A DNA stretch of 64,000 bases from Candidatus Magasanikiibacteriota bacterium (GTDB taxonomy: Bacteria > Patescibacteriota > Patescibacteriia > Magasanikbacterales > 2-02-FULL-50-9b), in NCBI GenBank assembly GCA_943355025.1, contig CALRDW010000003.1:7680-71679 (forward strand). Direction: 5' to 3'. The notes under the pieces were generated by a model, which was given only the letters and a program-made list of their open reading frames with translations, made no database searches and had not been told where the DNA came from. How positions within the stretch are numbered: the first letter of the stretch is position 1; each line of letters starts with the position of its first letter. Below, piece after piece: positions 18,235 through 27,959 of the stretch. A program made the position numbers and the translations under genes.

Positions 18235-19437
18235 ATGCTTCCTAATCCTTTTCAAAAACAACTACCAGAGTTTAAAGACACAGACCCTCTTAAGAACAGA
18301 GAGATTGTTAGAGAACTCCTCGGACCAGAGGGAGTACATAAATATAGAAAGATTCTCGGAGATAATTCGGATTCTAATTTAAAGCGTCAGAAAGAAGTTT
18401 CTAAAGAAGATCTCCTTGCCATGGCAGCAGAAGCTCGCTCTAAAATAGATACTCTGTCCAGAGACTCAGTAAAGCCACTCATCGAGAGACTCGTGGAGCG
18501 CCAATACAACTCTCAGATCCAATCTCTGCAAGAGATTGGATTCCTAGAACCTCTCGTACCACAAAAAAAGAAAAGCTTTACCTTTTTCAAATCAAAAGAA
18601 CCAGAAGAAACTACACCAGAGAAACTAGGAGCTACAGACATCCTCGGTACCTTCCGAGAAGTCCCCTCAGAGGAAGCCATCAAAAATCACTTCCTCTCCA
18701 TTCCTAACATCAAACAAAAGATAGATCAAGGATTCACACGGCTTCTCATTGTTCCCTTTGGAACATCCCTCGACACCCTCCGTTCTAAAACAGGAGAACT
18801 TATCAAGAAGCATAAGAAAGCAAACAAACTTCTTGCAGAGGATGGAAGCAGTTTAGAACTCGACACTGCAACACCACTCTGGGCATGGGACGGCTATAAC
18901 AACGCAGACAAGTCAGGAGCGCTCGTTTATTATCCAGAGCACTTTGATAAAGAAAATCACAATGGTACAACCAAAACAGAACTTCTCTCAGGAGCTCAAC
19001 CAAGTCAAGCAAACTCTTCCACACCAAACACCAATCCATTCCCCGGCTACCGTATTCTTCTTATTCAGGAAGACACACAGATTCCACGAGAAGGAAAGGG
19101 AACAGCAAAAGCAGGGAGAGACAGTTTAGAAGCAGGTAAGTCTCCAAACGACTACTTAGAACTTCTTAAAACAGATCAGAGCTATTCTAAAGAACTCGGC
19201 CTCACTCCAGAAGACTGGCTTACTCTCTTTGCAACGAATCTCACAGAGAAGAACAAGGTTATCAATGACTGGCAGTCTAATAAAGACAGTATTAATTATC
19301 TAGTTGGTAGTTATTTCCCTGGTTCTGACCGCGTCCCGCGCGCGTACTGGGGCCGTGGCGGTCGGCGGGCGCGCTTGGACAGGGGCGGGCCGGCGGGTGT
19401 GAGCGGGGATTTTGGCGTTGCTGGCGCGGTGGGGTAG
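18235..19437 (+). CDS. paralog B of the same family (MLPNPFQKQLPEFKDTDPLKN...; Gly/Arg-rich GC-rich C-terminus ending AVG)
   Basis: ATG 6 nt after TATACT (18223-18228); shared motifs as paralog A. Confidence 0.75.
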   Translation: MLPNPFQKQLPEFKDTDPLKNREIVRELLGPEGVHKYRKILGDNSDSNLKRQKEVSKEDLLAMAAEARSKIDTLSRDSVKPLIERLVERQYNSQIQSLQEIGFLEPLVPQKKKSFTFFKSKEPEETTPEKLGATDILGTFREVPSEEAIKNHFLSIPNIKQKIDQGFTRLLIVPFGTSLDTLRSKTGELIKKHKKANKLLAEDGSSLELDTATPLWAWDGYNNADKSGALVYYPEHFDKENHNGTTKTELLSGAQPSQANSSTPNTNPFPGYRILLIQEDTQIPREGKGTAKAGRDSLEAGKSPNDYLELLKTDQSYSKELGLTPEDWLTLFATNLTEKNKVINDWQSNKDSINYLVGSYFPGSDRVPRAYWGRGGRRARLDRGGPAGVSGDFGVAGAVG

Positions 19438-19662
19438 AACCCCTTGGCCCCTTACTCCTTTTTTGTCTCCTTACTAAACCGGTGAAAAGTAACGTACCTC
19501 GGAGTACGTGCTCCGGAGAAATCGAGCAACTCACAACGATGCTCCTTGGTGCTTCACACAGTGAAATACCAGCATTGAGTAGTGAGAATAAAAGCAATTA
19601 TAATCCCCCACCGGTCCGTTACGGGCTCTTTTTGCGGTTCGATGATTTTAAAACGTGTTGGC

Positions 19663-20232
19663 CTAAACCGAGTTGTGTCGCTCCAGGTCTGTTCCGCCAG
19701 CAGCGTGGTATTTGCGATCTTCTTCGGAGAGCTCCATGAGCTCGCGACGCAATTCGTGCGGCATTGGGATTGCGTCGAATTTAAAATGTGCCTGTTCAGC
19801 AGCTGTTTCGAGCTGAAGTCTTCCGTAGTTGAATATTGTTGCAACAATTCCATTTACCTCGCTCGTGGCGTCCTGTATTTTATAGAGATCGAGTTCGGAA
19901 ACTTCGCGCGAGAATAGATTTTTTTGGGAAACTTCAACCAGGCGATCATTAGTAATGATGATCATGTCGAGATAATAGATGAGAAAGCTCGCATAAAAAA
20001 AGAGCGCAATCGACAACTCGTATATGCTGATGGCAACAATGACAAGTGTCCACGCAGCAGGCTGCACAGCGATTGTGTCTGTCGTGGCGGGAGAAATTAT
20101 ATAATACGCAAAGGGAATCGCAGCGAGAACGAGATGTGTGAGAATCGTTGGAATATAGGTAACCCAATGGCGGCGAACCACATGGAGAATTTTTTCGTAA
20201 TCTTTGCGGTTGATGAGTTCATCAAGTTTCAT
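19663..20232 (-). CDS. hypothetical membrane protein (possible bacterial PH-domain type)
   Basis: ORF with two central TM helices; start set at the internal Met (MKLDELINRK). Confidence 0.4.
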   Translation of the reverse strand: MKLDELINRKDYEKILHVVRRHWVTYIPTILTHLVLAAIPFAYYIISPATTDTIAVQPAAWTLVIVAISIYELSIALFFYASFLIYYLDMIIITNDRLVEVSQKNLFSREVSELDLYKIQDATSEVNGIVATIFNYGRLQLETAAEQAHFKFDAIPMPHELRRELMELSEEDRKYHAAGGTDLERHNSV

Positions 20233-20494
20233 AGGTTGGTGCTTCAATGGAAACCACGCCGGCTGGGCCGAAGAATACAAAACGTGCTCCAAGATCAACG
20301 CGTGCGAGTTGAATAACGGACAATCCGATTATCACGAAGCACCACACGCACATAATACTGGTTACGAGGAGCGCGGGGCGGGTAAATGTGCCGGTTGAGT
20401 ATAAATGGTAGGCGTTCGCGTACGACACAAGCAAAAAGAAAATCAAAAAAAGTGCGTAGACCGCGAGAATGACCATGTAGGGTAATGCAAACAT
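20222..20494 (-). CDS. small hypothetical membrane protein
   Basis: 90 aa, three hydrophobic helices; 11-nt overlap with the downstream gene. Confidence 0.35.
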   Translation of the reverse strand: MFALPYMVILAVYALFLIFFLLVSYANAYHLYSTGTFTRPALLVTSIMCVWCFVIIGLSVIQLARVDLGARFVFFGPAGVVSIEAPTYET

Positions 20495-20512
20495 GTATTT
20501 ATTTTACACGAG

Positions 20513-21592
20513 TTAGGCGGCTTCTACAATTGCAGGCGGCGTGAGGCCTAAATGTTCAAATGCGCGACGTGTTACAACACGACCTCTCGGTGTGCGCTCG
20601 AGAAATCCAATTTGAAGAAGATATGGCTCATTTACAGTTTCGAGCGTTTCCATTTCTTCAGCCGCGGCAGCAGCAAGTGTTGAAAGCCCAACAGGCCCGC
20701 CGCGAAAGGTATCGATAATGATTTGTAGAATTTTTCGGTCGCCATGGTCAAGTCCGAGATGATCGACGCGAAGCATGTCGAGTGTACGCATAATTACATC
20801 AGCGGTAACAAGTTCTGCGCGCTCGACTTGTGCAACATCGCGCACGCGGCGAAGCAAACGATTCGCAACGCGCGGCGTTCGTCGCGTCGCAGCCCCCAGT
20901 TTTTCAATCGCAGCATCATTTACCGCAACAGCTAAAATTTGTGCGGATCGTTTGATAATTTTTTTCATGTCTTCATCGGTATAAAAATCAAGATGGAATG
21001 TTGCGCCAAAACGATCGCGTAGTGGCGACGAGAGAAGAGATGGGCGCGTTGTTGCACCGATGAGCGTAAATTTATTAATCTGCATGCGCAGTGTTCGCGC
21101 GCCTGGGCCCTTGCCGATCATGAGGTCAAGTGCGAAATCCTCCATCGCTGGGTATAGAACTTCTTCAATCGATCTATTGAGGCGATGAATTTCGTCGATA
21201 AATAAAACGTCGCCGGTTTCAAGCGAGGTTAAAAGTGCAGCGAGGTCTCCAACTTTTTCAAGCGCTGGGCCCGACGTTACTTTACACACCCGCCCCATCT
21301 CGGCTGCGATTATATTTGCAAGTGTTGTCTTGCCAAGGCCGGGATTGCCATAAAGCAGAACATGGTCGATTGGTTCGCCGCGCATTGTTGCAGCCTGTAG
21401 AAAAACGTTGAGCGTTTCTTTTAAATGGTCCTGGCCGATAAACTCGCTGAGACTGCGTGGGCGCAATTCATTTTCAAGCACACGCTCATCGGGCGGCGCT
21501 GTTGCTGCTATTTCGCGCTCAGAAAATTGTTCATTATTCAGAAACGGCATAGGCTTGTGTGAGGCTTGAGTATAACATGTGTGAGGGCGCAC
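20513..21592 (-). CDS. ruvB: Holliday junction branch migration DNA helicase RuvB
   Basis: Walker A GNPGLGKTTLANIIAAEMG, DEIHRL, full-length RuvB-like sequence. Confidence 0.95.
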   Translation of the reverse strand: MRPHTCYTQASHKPMPFLNNEQFSEREIAATAPPDERVLENELRPRSLSEFIGQDHLKETLNVFLQAATMRGEPIDHVLLYGNPGLGKTTLANIIAAEMGRVCKVTSGPALEKVGDLAALLTSLETGDVLFIDEIHRLNRSIEEVLYPAMEDFALDLMIGKGPGARTLRMQINKFTLIGATTRPSLLSSPLRDRFGATFHLDFYTDEDMKKIIKRSAQILAVAVNDAAIEKLGAATRRTPRVANRLLRRVRDVAQVERAELVTADVIMRTLDMLRVDHLGLDHGDRKILQIIIDTFRGGPVGLSTLAAAAAEEMETLETVNEPYLLQIGFLERTPRGRVVTRRAFEHLGLTPPAIVEAA

Positions 21593-21699
21593 GACTGCTC
21601 ACGTGTGGATAATCTGGGGGTAGGTTTTTTTATGCTCTCAGATTACAGTAATTTGATACACAGTTGTCCACTTGCTATACTACTCGAGCATTTATAAAT

Positions 21700-21715
21700 T
21701 CACTATATATTGTGG
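21700..21715 (+). promoter_or_regulatory. candidate NrdR box
   Basis: TCACTATATATTGTGG resembles the NrdR operator consensus acaCwAtATaTwGtgt; lies between a TGCTATACT -10-like motif (21673-21681) and the nrdJ ATG. Confidence 0.4.
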
Positions 21716-21782
21716 TTGTCAAGGGGGGAGACCACAAGATGTAGTGGTAGTGATATCTATAAGATCCTTTTAACTCTCCCGT

Positions 21783-24700
21783 ATGTCCCCCGAAATGCAA
21801 GCTCAATACACTGCTGCCGTGACGGGCAGCGCAGGCACTCCAAAAGGTTTAGTTATTCCTCGCCGGTATACTCACGAGGGACAAGATCCGTTCGCGACTG
21901 TCGAATACGAATTTCGAACTTCGATCATTCGCAATGCGGAAGGGAAGACAGTGTTTAATATGGACACCGTTGAGGTGCCAAAAAGCTGGTCACAGGTAGC
22001 AACGGATATTTTAGCGCAGAAATATTTTAGAAAAGCAGGTGTGCCGCTCAAAAATGCAGATGGCACGCCAAAATTAAATGTAGATGGGACACCGATGCTC
22101 GGGAGTGAGACGTCGGCAAAGCAGGTAATGCATCGCCTCGCGGGATGTTGGCGCTGGTGGGGAGAAAAGTACGGATATTTTGCAACCCCAAAGGATGCTG
22201 AGGCTTTTTACGACGAGACCGTGTACATGCTCATCCACCAGATGGCAGCGCCAAACTCGCCACAGTGGTTTAACACCGGGTTATATTGGGCGTATGGCAT
22301 CAACGGGCCGGCGCAAGGGCATTATTATGTAGATCCAGATTCGCATGAGCTTACAAAATCAAAGGATTCCTACTCACATCCACAGCCACACGCGTGTTTT
22401 ATTCAGTCGGTAACCGATGATCTCGTAAACGAGGGCGGTATTATGGACCTTTGGGTTCGTGAGGCGCGCTTATTTAAGTATGGATCGGGCACGGGCACGA
22501 ATTTTTCGAATCTTCGTGGTCGTGGTGAGCAGTTGTCGGGTGGTGGATCGTCATCAGGCCTCATGAGCTGGCTTAAGATTGGCGATCGCGCAGCCGGAGC
22601 GATTAAATCAGGTGGCACAACGCGTCGCGCAGCAAAGATGGTTATTATTGATGCTGACCACCCTGACGTTGAAGAGTTTGTCATGTGGAAAGCAGAAGAA
22701 GAAAAGAAAGTTGCTGCACTTGTTGCGGCTGGGTATCCTTCGGACTACGAAGGCGAGGCATATAACACAGTTTCTGGTCAGAATTCAAACAATTCGATTC
22801 GTGTTACTAATACATTTATTGAGGCAGTTCTTGAAGATCGCGAATGGAATCTTAAGTGGCGGACGGATGGACGCGTGTGCAAGACGATTAAAGCGCGCGA
22901 TTTGTGGGACAAGGTTGCGCTCGCTGCATGGAAATGTGCAGATCCTGGTGTGCAACTCGACACAACCATCAACGATTGGCACACTTCGCCAAAATCAGGT
23001 CGCGTTAACGCATCAAATCCGTGTTCCGAGTACATGTTTCTCGACAACACCGCGTGCAACTTGGCTTCGCTCAATCTTCAACACTTTTTTGACCCACGCA
23101 CCATGGTGTTTGATGTTGATTCGTTTCGTCATGCGTCGCGTCTTTGGACAGTCACACTCGAAATTTCAGTTTTGATGGCGCAATTTCCAAGCAAGGAAAT
23201 TGCTCAGATGAGCTATGAATTTCGCACGCTTGGTTTGGGCTACGCGAATCTCGGCGCTGGTGTGCTTATGGCGGCTGGCATTCCGTATGACAGTAAGGAG
23301 GCGCGTGCGATTGCCGGCGCTGTTACTGCAATTATGACGGGTGAGTCGTATGCAACGAGTGCAGAAATGGCGAAGTATTTGGGCGCGTTCTCAAAGTTCG
23401 AACTCAATCGCAGCGACATGCTTCGTGTTATTCGTAACCATCGCCGCGCTGCATACAATGCGCCGAACGAGGAATACGAGAAAATTTCTGTTAAACCTGT
23501 TGGTATCGACCCGCAAGCATGCCCTGTGTACTTGCTCAAAGCAGCTCGTGCCGCGTGGGACCGCGCGCTTGAGCTCGGTGAAATTTACGGCTATAGGAAT
23601 GCACAGACAACGTTACTTGCGCCAACCGGCACGATCGGATTATTGATGGATTGTGCAACGACCGGTGTTGAACCAGATTTTGCACTTGTTAAATTCAAAA
23701 AACTTTCAGGTGGCGGTTACTTCAAGATTGTGAACGATGGAATTCCGACATCACTCCGCACGCTTGGCTATACAGATGCGCAAATTGAAGAAGTTGTGCG
23801 ATATATGCGTGGTGTTGCAACACTTGCGGGTGCGCCACACGTCAATCACACGGTATTAAAAGCAAAAGGGTTTGCGGATAGCGACATTGAAAAAATTGAA
23901 AAGCAATTGGTCGGTGTGTTTGAGCTTCAGTTTGCGTTTAATGTGTATGCGCTTGGCGAAGATTTGCTTCAGCGACTTGGCTTCAGACCAGAACAATATA
24001 ATGATCTTAACTTTAACATGCTTCGCGCGCTTGGATTTACGGATCAGGAGCTTGCAGAAGCAAATGATTATGTGTGTGGCACAATGACGATTGAAGGAGC
24101 ACCACATCTTAAGAAAGAACATTATGCGGTATTTGATTGTGCAAACCGATGCGGAAAGAAAGGCGAACGATATATTCACCACATGGGCCATGTGCGCATG
24201 ATGGCAGCGGTACAGCCGTTTTTGTCGGGCGCAATTTCTAAGACGATTAACATGCCAAACGAGGTCACGACTGATGATATTAAGGAGGCATATATTGAAT
24301 CGTGGCGTCTTGGTATTAAAGCAATGGCTTTGTATCGCGACGGATGTAAATTATCGCAGCCGCTTTCGGGTAAGAGTGATAAAAAAGATGAAAAGAAGGA
24401 AGAGACTGCGTCTGCAGCGCCTGTTTTTGCGGAAGTGCCCGTTGCGCCACAGCAGGCTCCAGTCGCTGTAGCAGATCTTCCGGAGGCAGTAGTGCCGACG
24501 CCACCAATCAATTCATCCGTTGAATCCGTTGCGTTGCGCGCTCCGTCAGAGGCTGTCAAACAGATGGTTGAATATGTGGGGAGCGGTTTGCAGTTTGGTG
24601 AACGACGACCGTTGCCAAGCAAACGCACTGGCATCACGGTTGAAGCAAAAATTGGCAGTCAACAAATTTATTTGCGCACGGGTGAATATGCGGATGGCAA

Positions 24701-25280
24701 ACTCGGTGAAATTTTCATCGATATGTATCGCGAGGGTGCAGCGTTCCGTAGCGTGCTCAACTGTTTTGCGATTTCGATTTCGATTGGCCTGCAGCATGGC
24801 GTTCCACTCGAGAAGTTCGTTGAGAAATTTACGTTCACACGATTTGAACCATCTGGTTTTACAACGCATCCGAATGTAAAGATGTGTACATCGATTGTGG
24901 ATTACATTTTTCGCGTGCTTGCGGTTGAATATCTTGGGCGCATGGATTTGGCGCAAGTTCCACCAACGGGTATTGAGATGAATCGCGTTGATAAATTGCG
25001 CGAGGTTGCTGAAGCGGCGAATGAGCATGCGCAGGAGAGCGTGGGCGAATTGTCAGCTGTTGTTGCAGAGACGGCAATCGGCGAGCAGACCGCGTTTATT
25101 CCAAACGCAGTCGGCTCCATGAGCTCGGCGGGCGCAATTTTAGGACATAAAAAGTCAGCGCAAGGCCTCGACAATTTGATGGGCGATGCGCCGCCGTGCG
25201 ACACGTGCGGGCACACAACAGTTCGCAACGGATCATGTTACCGCTGCCTTAATTGCGGCGCGAGCATGGGGTGTAGCTAA
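21783..25280 (+). CDS. nrdJ: adenosylcobalamin-dependent ribonucleotide reductase (class II)
   Basis: 1165 aa; class II RNR-like throughout, C-terminal Cys cluster CDTCGHTTVRNGSCYRCLNCG; internal low-complexity linker. Confidence 0.85.
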   Translation: MSPEMQAQYTAAVTGSAGTPKGLVIPRRYTHEGQDPFATVEYEFRTSIIRNAEGKTVFNMDTVEVPKSWSQVATDILAQKYFRKAGVPLKNADGTPKLNVDGTPMLGSETSAKQVMHRLAGCWRWWGEKYGYFATPKDAEAFYDETVYMLIHQMAAPNSPQWFNTGLYWAYGINGPAQGHYYVDPDSHELTKSKDSYSHPQPHACFIQSVTDDLVNEGGIMDLWVREARLFKYGSGTGTNFSNLRGRGEQLSGGGSSSGLMSWLKIGDRAAGAIKSGGTTRRAAKMVIIDADHPDVEEFVMWKAEEEKKVAALVAAGYPSDYEGEAYNTVSGQNSNNSIRVTNTFIEAVLEDREWNLKWRTDGRVCKTIKARDLWDKVALAAWKCADPGVQLDTTINDWHTSPKSGRVNASNPCSEYMFLDNTACNLASLNLQHFFDPRTMVFDVDSFRHASRLWTVTLEISVLMAQFPSKEIAQMSYEFRTLGLGYANLGAGVLMAAGIPYDSKEARAIAGAVTAIMTGESYATSAEMAKYLGAFSKFELNRSDMLRVIRNHRRAAYNAPNEEYEKISVKPVGIDPQACPVYLLKAARAAWDRALELGEIYGYRNAQTTLLAPTGTIGLLMDCATTGVEPDFALVKFKKLSGGGYFKIVNDGIPTSLRTLGYTDAQIEEVVRYMRGVATLAGAPHVNHTVLKAKGFADSDIEKIEKQLVGVFELQFAFNVYALGEDLLQRLGFRPEQYNDLNFNMLRALGFTDQELAEANDYVCGTMTIEGAPHLKKEHYAVFDCANRCGKKGERYIHHMGHVRMMAAVQPFLSGAISKTINMPNEVTTDDIKEAYIESWRLGIKAMALYRDGCKLSQPLSGKSDKKDEKKEETASAAPVFAEVPVAPQQAPVAVADLPEAVVPTPPINSSVESVALRAPSEAVKQMVEYVGSGLQFGERRPLPSKRTGITVEAKIGSQQIYLRTGEYADGKLGEIFIDMYREGAAFRSVLNCFAISISIGLQHGVPLEKFVEKFTFTRFEPSGFTTHPNVKMCTSIVDYIFRVLAVEYLGRMDLAQVPPTGIEMNRVDKLREVAEAANEHAQESVGELSAVVAETAIGEQTAFIPNAVGSMSSAGAILGHKKSAQGLDNLMGDAPPCDTCGHTTVRNGSCYRCLNCGASMGCS

Positions 25281-25308
25281 TTGAAACATGGTCGTGCAAT
25301 CGATTTTT

Positions 25309-25337
25309 GGAACAGGCCGCGCAAGCGGTCTGTTTTG
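25309..25337 (+). terminator. rho-independent terminator after nrdJ
   Basis: AACAGGCCGCGC-AAGC-GGTCTGTT hairpin + TTTT. Confidence 0.55.
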
Positions 25338-25376
25338 AATTAAAAAAGATTACGTCGAAGCCCTGAGTTTTCCACA

Positions 25377-25405
25377 TTGACTAAAATGGTATTGCGTGAT
25401 ATAAC
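25377..25405 (+). promoter_or_regulatory. sigma70-like promoter (TTGACT-17-TATAAC)
   Basis: -35 TTGACT at 25377-25382, 17-nt spacer, -10 TATAAC at 25400-25405, about 40 nt upstream of the 25446 ORF. Confidence 0.45.
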
Positions 25406-25445
25406 CGACTAAGAGAGTGCTCACAACATCACTTCGAGGTGCACC

Positions 25446-25973
25446 ATGCCGCTCAACTGGTTCCGTGGTAAAAAGAATTCTATTGCAGAGCGCGATCCAC
25501 ATCGCGGAAACGCGCGTATCATTCAAGAACATGATGGGAGATTTCGGTTATTGCGTCCGGGGCATGCAGCGCCCGAGGGCTCTGCGTTTATTCGGGTAAT
25601 CAGGGCCGTGCATCTGGGGACTGATATCGAAATTGCTGATGGTCGTACGTTCACGGCCAAGATGACAGTTGGTATCGCACATCCGCATAGCAATGACGAG
25701 CTCACGCACGAAGCCCTGATGCGGTATTTGCAGACTCTTGCAGAGGGCGATTTGAAAGCGCTTGCTGCACGAATTGTACACGAACAAGCAGCGCACATTT
25801 CGGGCGAAGTGTGCTTGCTCGAAAATCATGAGAATGAATGTGCGGCGCACCCGGAATGGGAGCGCGCACATTTGCAGCAACTTGTTGCTCATGAACTTGA
25901 GCAACACGGTTGCTCGCTCAGCTCGTGGCTTCTCGCCGAAAAGGATCCGTCGGTTGTGCCGAAGAGGATCTAA
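25446..25973 (+). CDS. hypothetical protein (GC-rich)
   Basis: 175 aa ORF; no domain recognised. Confidence 0.4.
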   Translation: MPLNWFRGKKNSIAERDPHRGNARIIQEHDGRFRLLRPGHAAPEGSAFIRVIRAVHLGTDIEIADGRTFTAKMTVGIAHPHSNDELTHEALMRYLQTLAEGDLKALAARIVHEQAAHISGEVCLLENHENECAAHPEWERAHLQQLVAHELEQHGCSLSSWLLAEKDPSVVPKRI

Positions 25974-26072
25974 AGAGGACTACAGGTTTTGTCTCTCGAA
26001 TGCCCCGCGTTCGAGAGTTTTTTTATACCTACGTCTTGACACAGACCTAATTTTACGCTACCTTTTAGAGGT

Positions 26073-26660
26073 ATGAAGATCTACACCCGCGGTGGCGACA
26101 CCGGCACAACTTCACTTGTTGATGGCACACGAGTCTCAAAAGACGACGCGCGCATTGATGCATATGGAACGCTCGATGAGCTTAATTCTATTATTGGGCT
26201 TGCGCGTGCTGAACTTGCAGAGTGTTCTGGTGGTGGATGCGCATGTTCGGGCGCGGCGCCGGACATGGATGCGCTCGATCCAATTTTATATAAAATTCAG
26301 AACGAATTATTCGTCATCGGCTCTCGTTTAGCAACTCCACCGGGACCCATGGAAACGAAAATCGCGAGCGTGTCGCAAGAGGCGATTGATTTTCTTGAAA
26401 AAGGAATGGATATTTTATCAACGGATCTTCCACCACTTACACGCTTTATTTTGCCCGGCGGCTCGACGCTTGCTGCGGAATTGCATCTTGGCCGAACAGT
26501 GTGTCGTCGTGCTGAGCGATTAATCATCACACTGAGTTCGCAGGGAGAAATTGATCCGCTCATTATTAAATATGTAAATCGTTTGAGTGATTTTTTATTT
26601 GTCGCTGCACGGTGGGCATGTTTACAGCAAGGCGAGCCAGAAGTTTTTTGGGAAAAATAA
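26073..26660 (+). CDS. ATP:cob(I)alamin adenosyltransferase, PduO type
   Basis: N-terminal signature MKIYTRGGDTGTTSL and overall PduO/MMAB-like sequence; Cys/Gly-rich insertion. Confidence 0.8.
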   Translation: MKIYTRGGDTGTTSLVDGTRVSKDDARIDAYGTLDELNSIIGLARAELAECSGGGCACSGAAPDMDALDPILYKIQNELFVIGSRLATPPGPMETKIASVSQEAIDFLEKGMDILSTDLPPLTRFILPGGSTLAAELHLGRTVCRRAERLIITLSSQGEIDPLIIKYVNRLSDFLFVAARWACLQQGEPEVFWEK

Positions 26661-26676
26661 AAAAATTTTAGAATTT

Positions 26677-27648
26677 TTAATTGAGTGTACGTGTAACAAT
26701 TTTTGCGGGGCTGAAAATAAAATTGTCAGGAATTTTTTTAGAAATTTTTACAGCGACAAAGCAACTGATCGCGCCGATCGTTGCTCCCGCAAGAATATCT
26801 ACGCCATAATGTTGAAGCCCGTAGAGCGTTGCAACAACCGTAAGCAAAAAAAATGGTACGAGAATAATTGCAGAGTATTTCCAAATTCGATATCCAAAAA
26901 ATAAAATGAGAGTTGCCCAGGCGATGTGCATGCTGGGAAAATTTGTTACATCGAGAAATGGTGTTGCATCATGCGTTTGGAGAGTTTTGATCGTGCTGAT
27001 AAATTGTGTAACAGCGGGGGAGATATACATGCTCGCTGACTCGGCCGCGAGGGCCGGAGAGAGTGGTGTGTTAGTAATGTTATAAAGAAATCGAGCGGCG
27101 GGTGTGAGACCGGGGAATGAGAGCCAGAGCGGGGTGCTGAGAATTTCTGAAAAAACAAATGCAAGAAGAACGGCGAGTGAAAATTTTTGTCCGCGCACGA
27201 ATGCTGCAATGAAAAGAAGGCCAAGTGCAAGCGCGAGGAAGCTGTAGCAGACGAGCGAAGTGGGACCGATTATCTCGAGAATGTTGTGAAACGGATTTGC
27301 GCTTGTATGAATCCAGAGCGGAAGATTAACGCCGAATATTTTTTTATCCCAACCTAATAATTTTTCAGCGAGCATTGTTGCGCGCGCGGGCGTTGTGCTG
27401 TGTGCAACAGAAGTTAAAATGATTCCTGAGAGCAGCGCAAGACCGATGAAAATTCCAGTGAGTGCAAGTGAGGATCGAATATAAATAAGAATCGCGGCGC
27501 GGGCGTGTTTATTTTTGTGCACGAGATATTGTACGCTCCACACATAAATATTAATCGCGTAAAATAAAATGAGGAAAATAAAAAATAGTAAGAGAAAATA
27601 CGAACCGCCGAAATGGATATAGTAGCTGAGGGATTTTAAAATTTGCAT
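26677..27648 (-). CDS. PAP2-family membrane phosphatase-like protein
   Basis: polytopic membrane protein with PSMH and LQHYGVDILAG motifs (PAP2 motifs 2/3-like). Confidence 0.5.
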   Translation of the reverse strand: MQILKSLSYYIHFGGSYFLLLFFIFLILFYAINIYVWSVQYLVHKNKHARAAILIYIRSSLALTGIFIGLALLSGIILTSVAHSTTPARATMLAEKLLGWDKKIFGVNLPLWIHTSANPFHNILEIIGPTSLVCYSFLALALGLLFIAAFVRGQKFSLAVLLAFVFSEILSTPLWLSFPGLTPAARFLYNITNTPLSPALAAESASMYISPAVTQFISTIKTLQTHDATPFLDVTNFPSMHIAWATLILFFGYRIWKYSAIILVPFFLLTVVATLYGLQHYGVDILAGATIGAISCFVAVKISKKIPDNFIFSPAKIVTRTLN

Positions 27649-27745
27649 ACTGTGGTTTATGCAACAGGGGTGATTGAGTGTTTTGCGGGCGGACTTTTCA
27701 GACTGGTCTTATAGTACTCAAGGCGACCACGCTCACGACTCCAGC

Positions 27746-27850
27746 TCACATCTGAGACATCATCAAAAAGCCACGGGTAATACGTGCCAATAAGAATGGC
27801 TCTGTGTCTTTAAACTCTGGGAGTTGTTTTTCAAAAGGGTTAGGAAGCAT
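27746..27850 (-). pseudogene. N-terminal fragment (34 codons) of the MLPNPF paralog family, copy D
   Basis: MLPNPFEKQLPEFKDTEP then divergent FLLARITRGFLMMSQM*; preceded by TATACT 6 nt upstream and module copy D. Confidence 0.6.
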
Positions 27851-27878
27851 GGAAGCAGTATAGCACTTGAATGAACGC

Positions 27879-27959
27879 ATACTCAAAGAAAATGCAGATG
27901 CCTCGACGGGGGCTCGTGTATATCTCCCCCTGAGAGGCATCTGCATTTTCTTTGAGTAT
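27879..27959 (-). repeat. structured module copy D: 26-bp perfect IR arms (27879-27904 / 27934-27959) around core (minus-strand reading TCAGGGGGAGATATACACGAGCCCCCGTC)
   Basis: arm ATACTCAAAGAAAATGCAGATGCCTC and its exact reverse complement; conserved upstream box (minus-strand) CAGTGATTCAACATATACTCAAAG. Confidence 0.8.

Noticed and set aside
19438-19662. 225-nt non-coding gap between convergent genes, examined for an sRNA or terminator
   Set aside because: It contains only short imperfect hairpins (CGGAG-TACGTG-CTCCG; CCG-TTA-CGG) and no convincing conserved structure or promoter. It is left unannotated.
21593-21782. Cobalamin riboswitch upstream of nrdJ
   Set aside because: No B12-box-like GCCACTG element or riboswitch-scale conserved structure is seen. 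The region is better explained by a promoter plus a candidate NrdR box.
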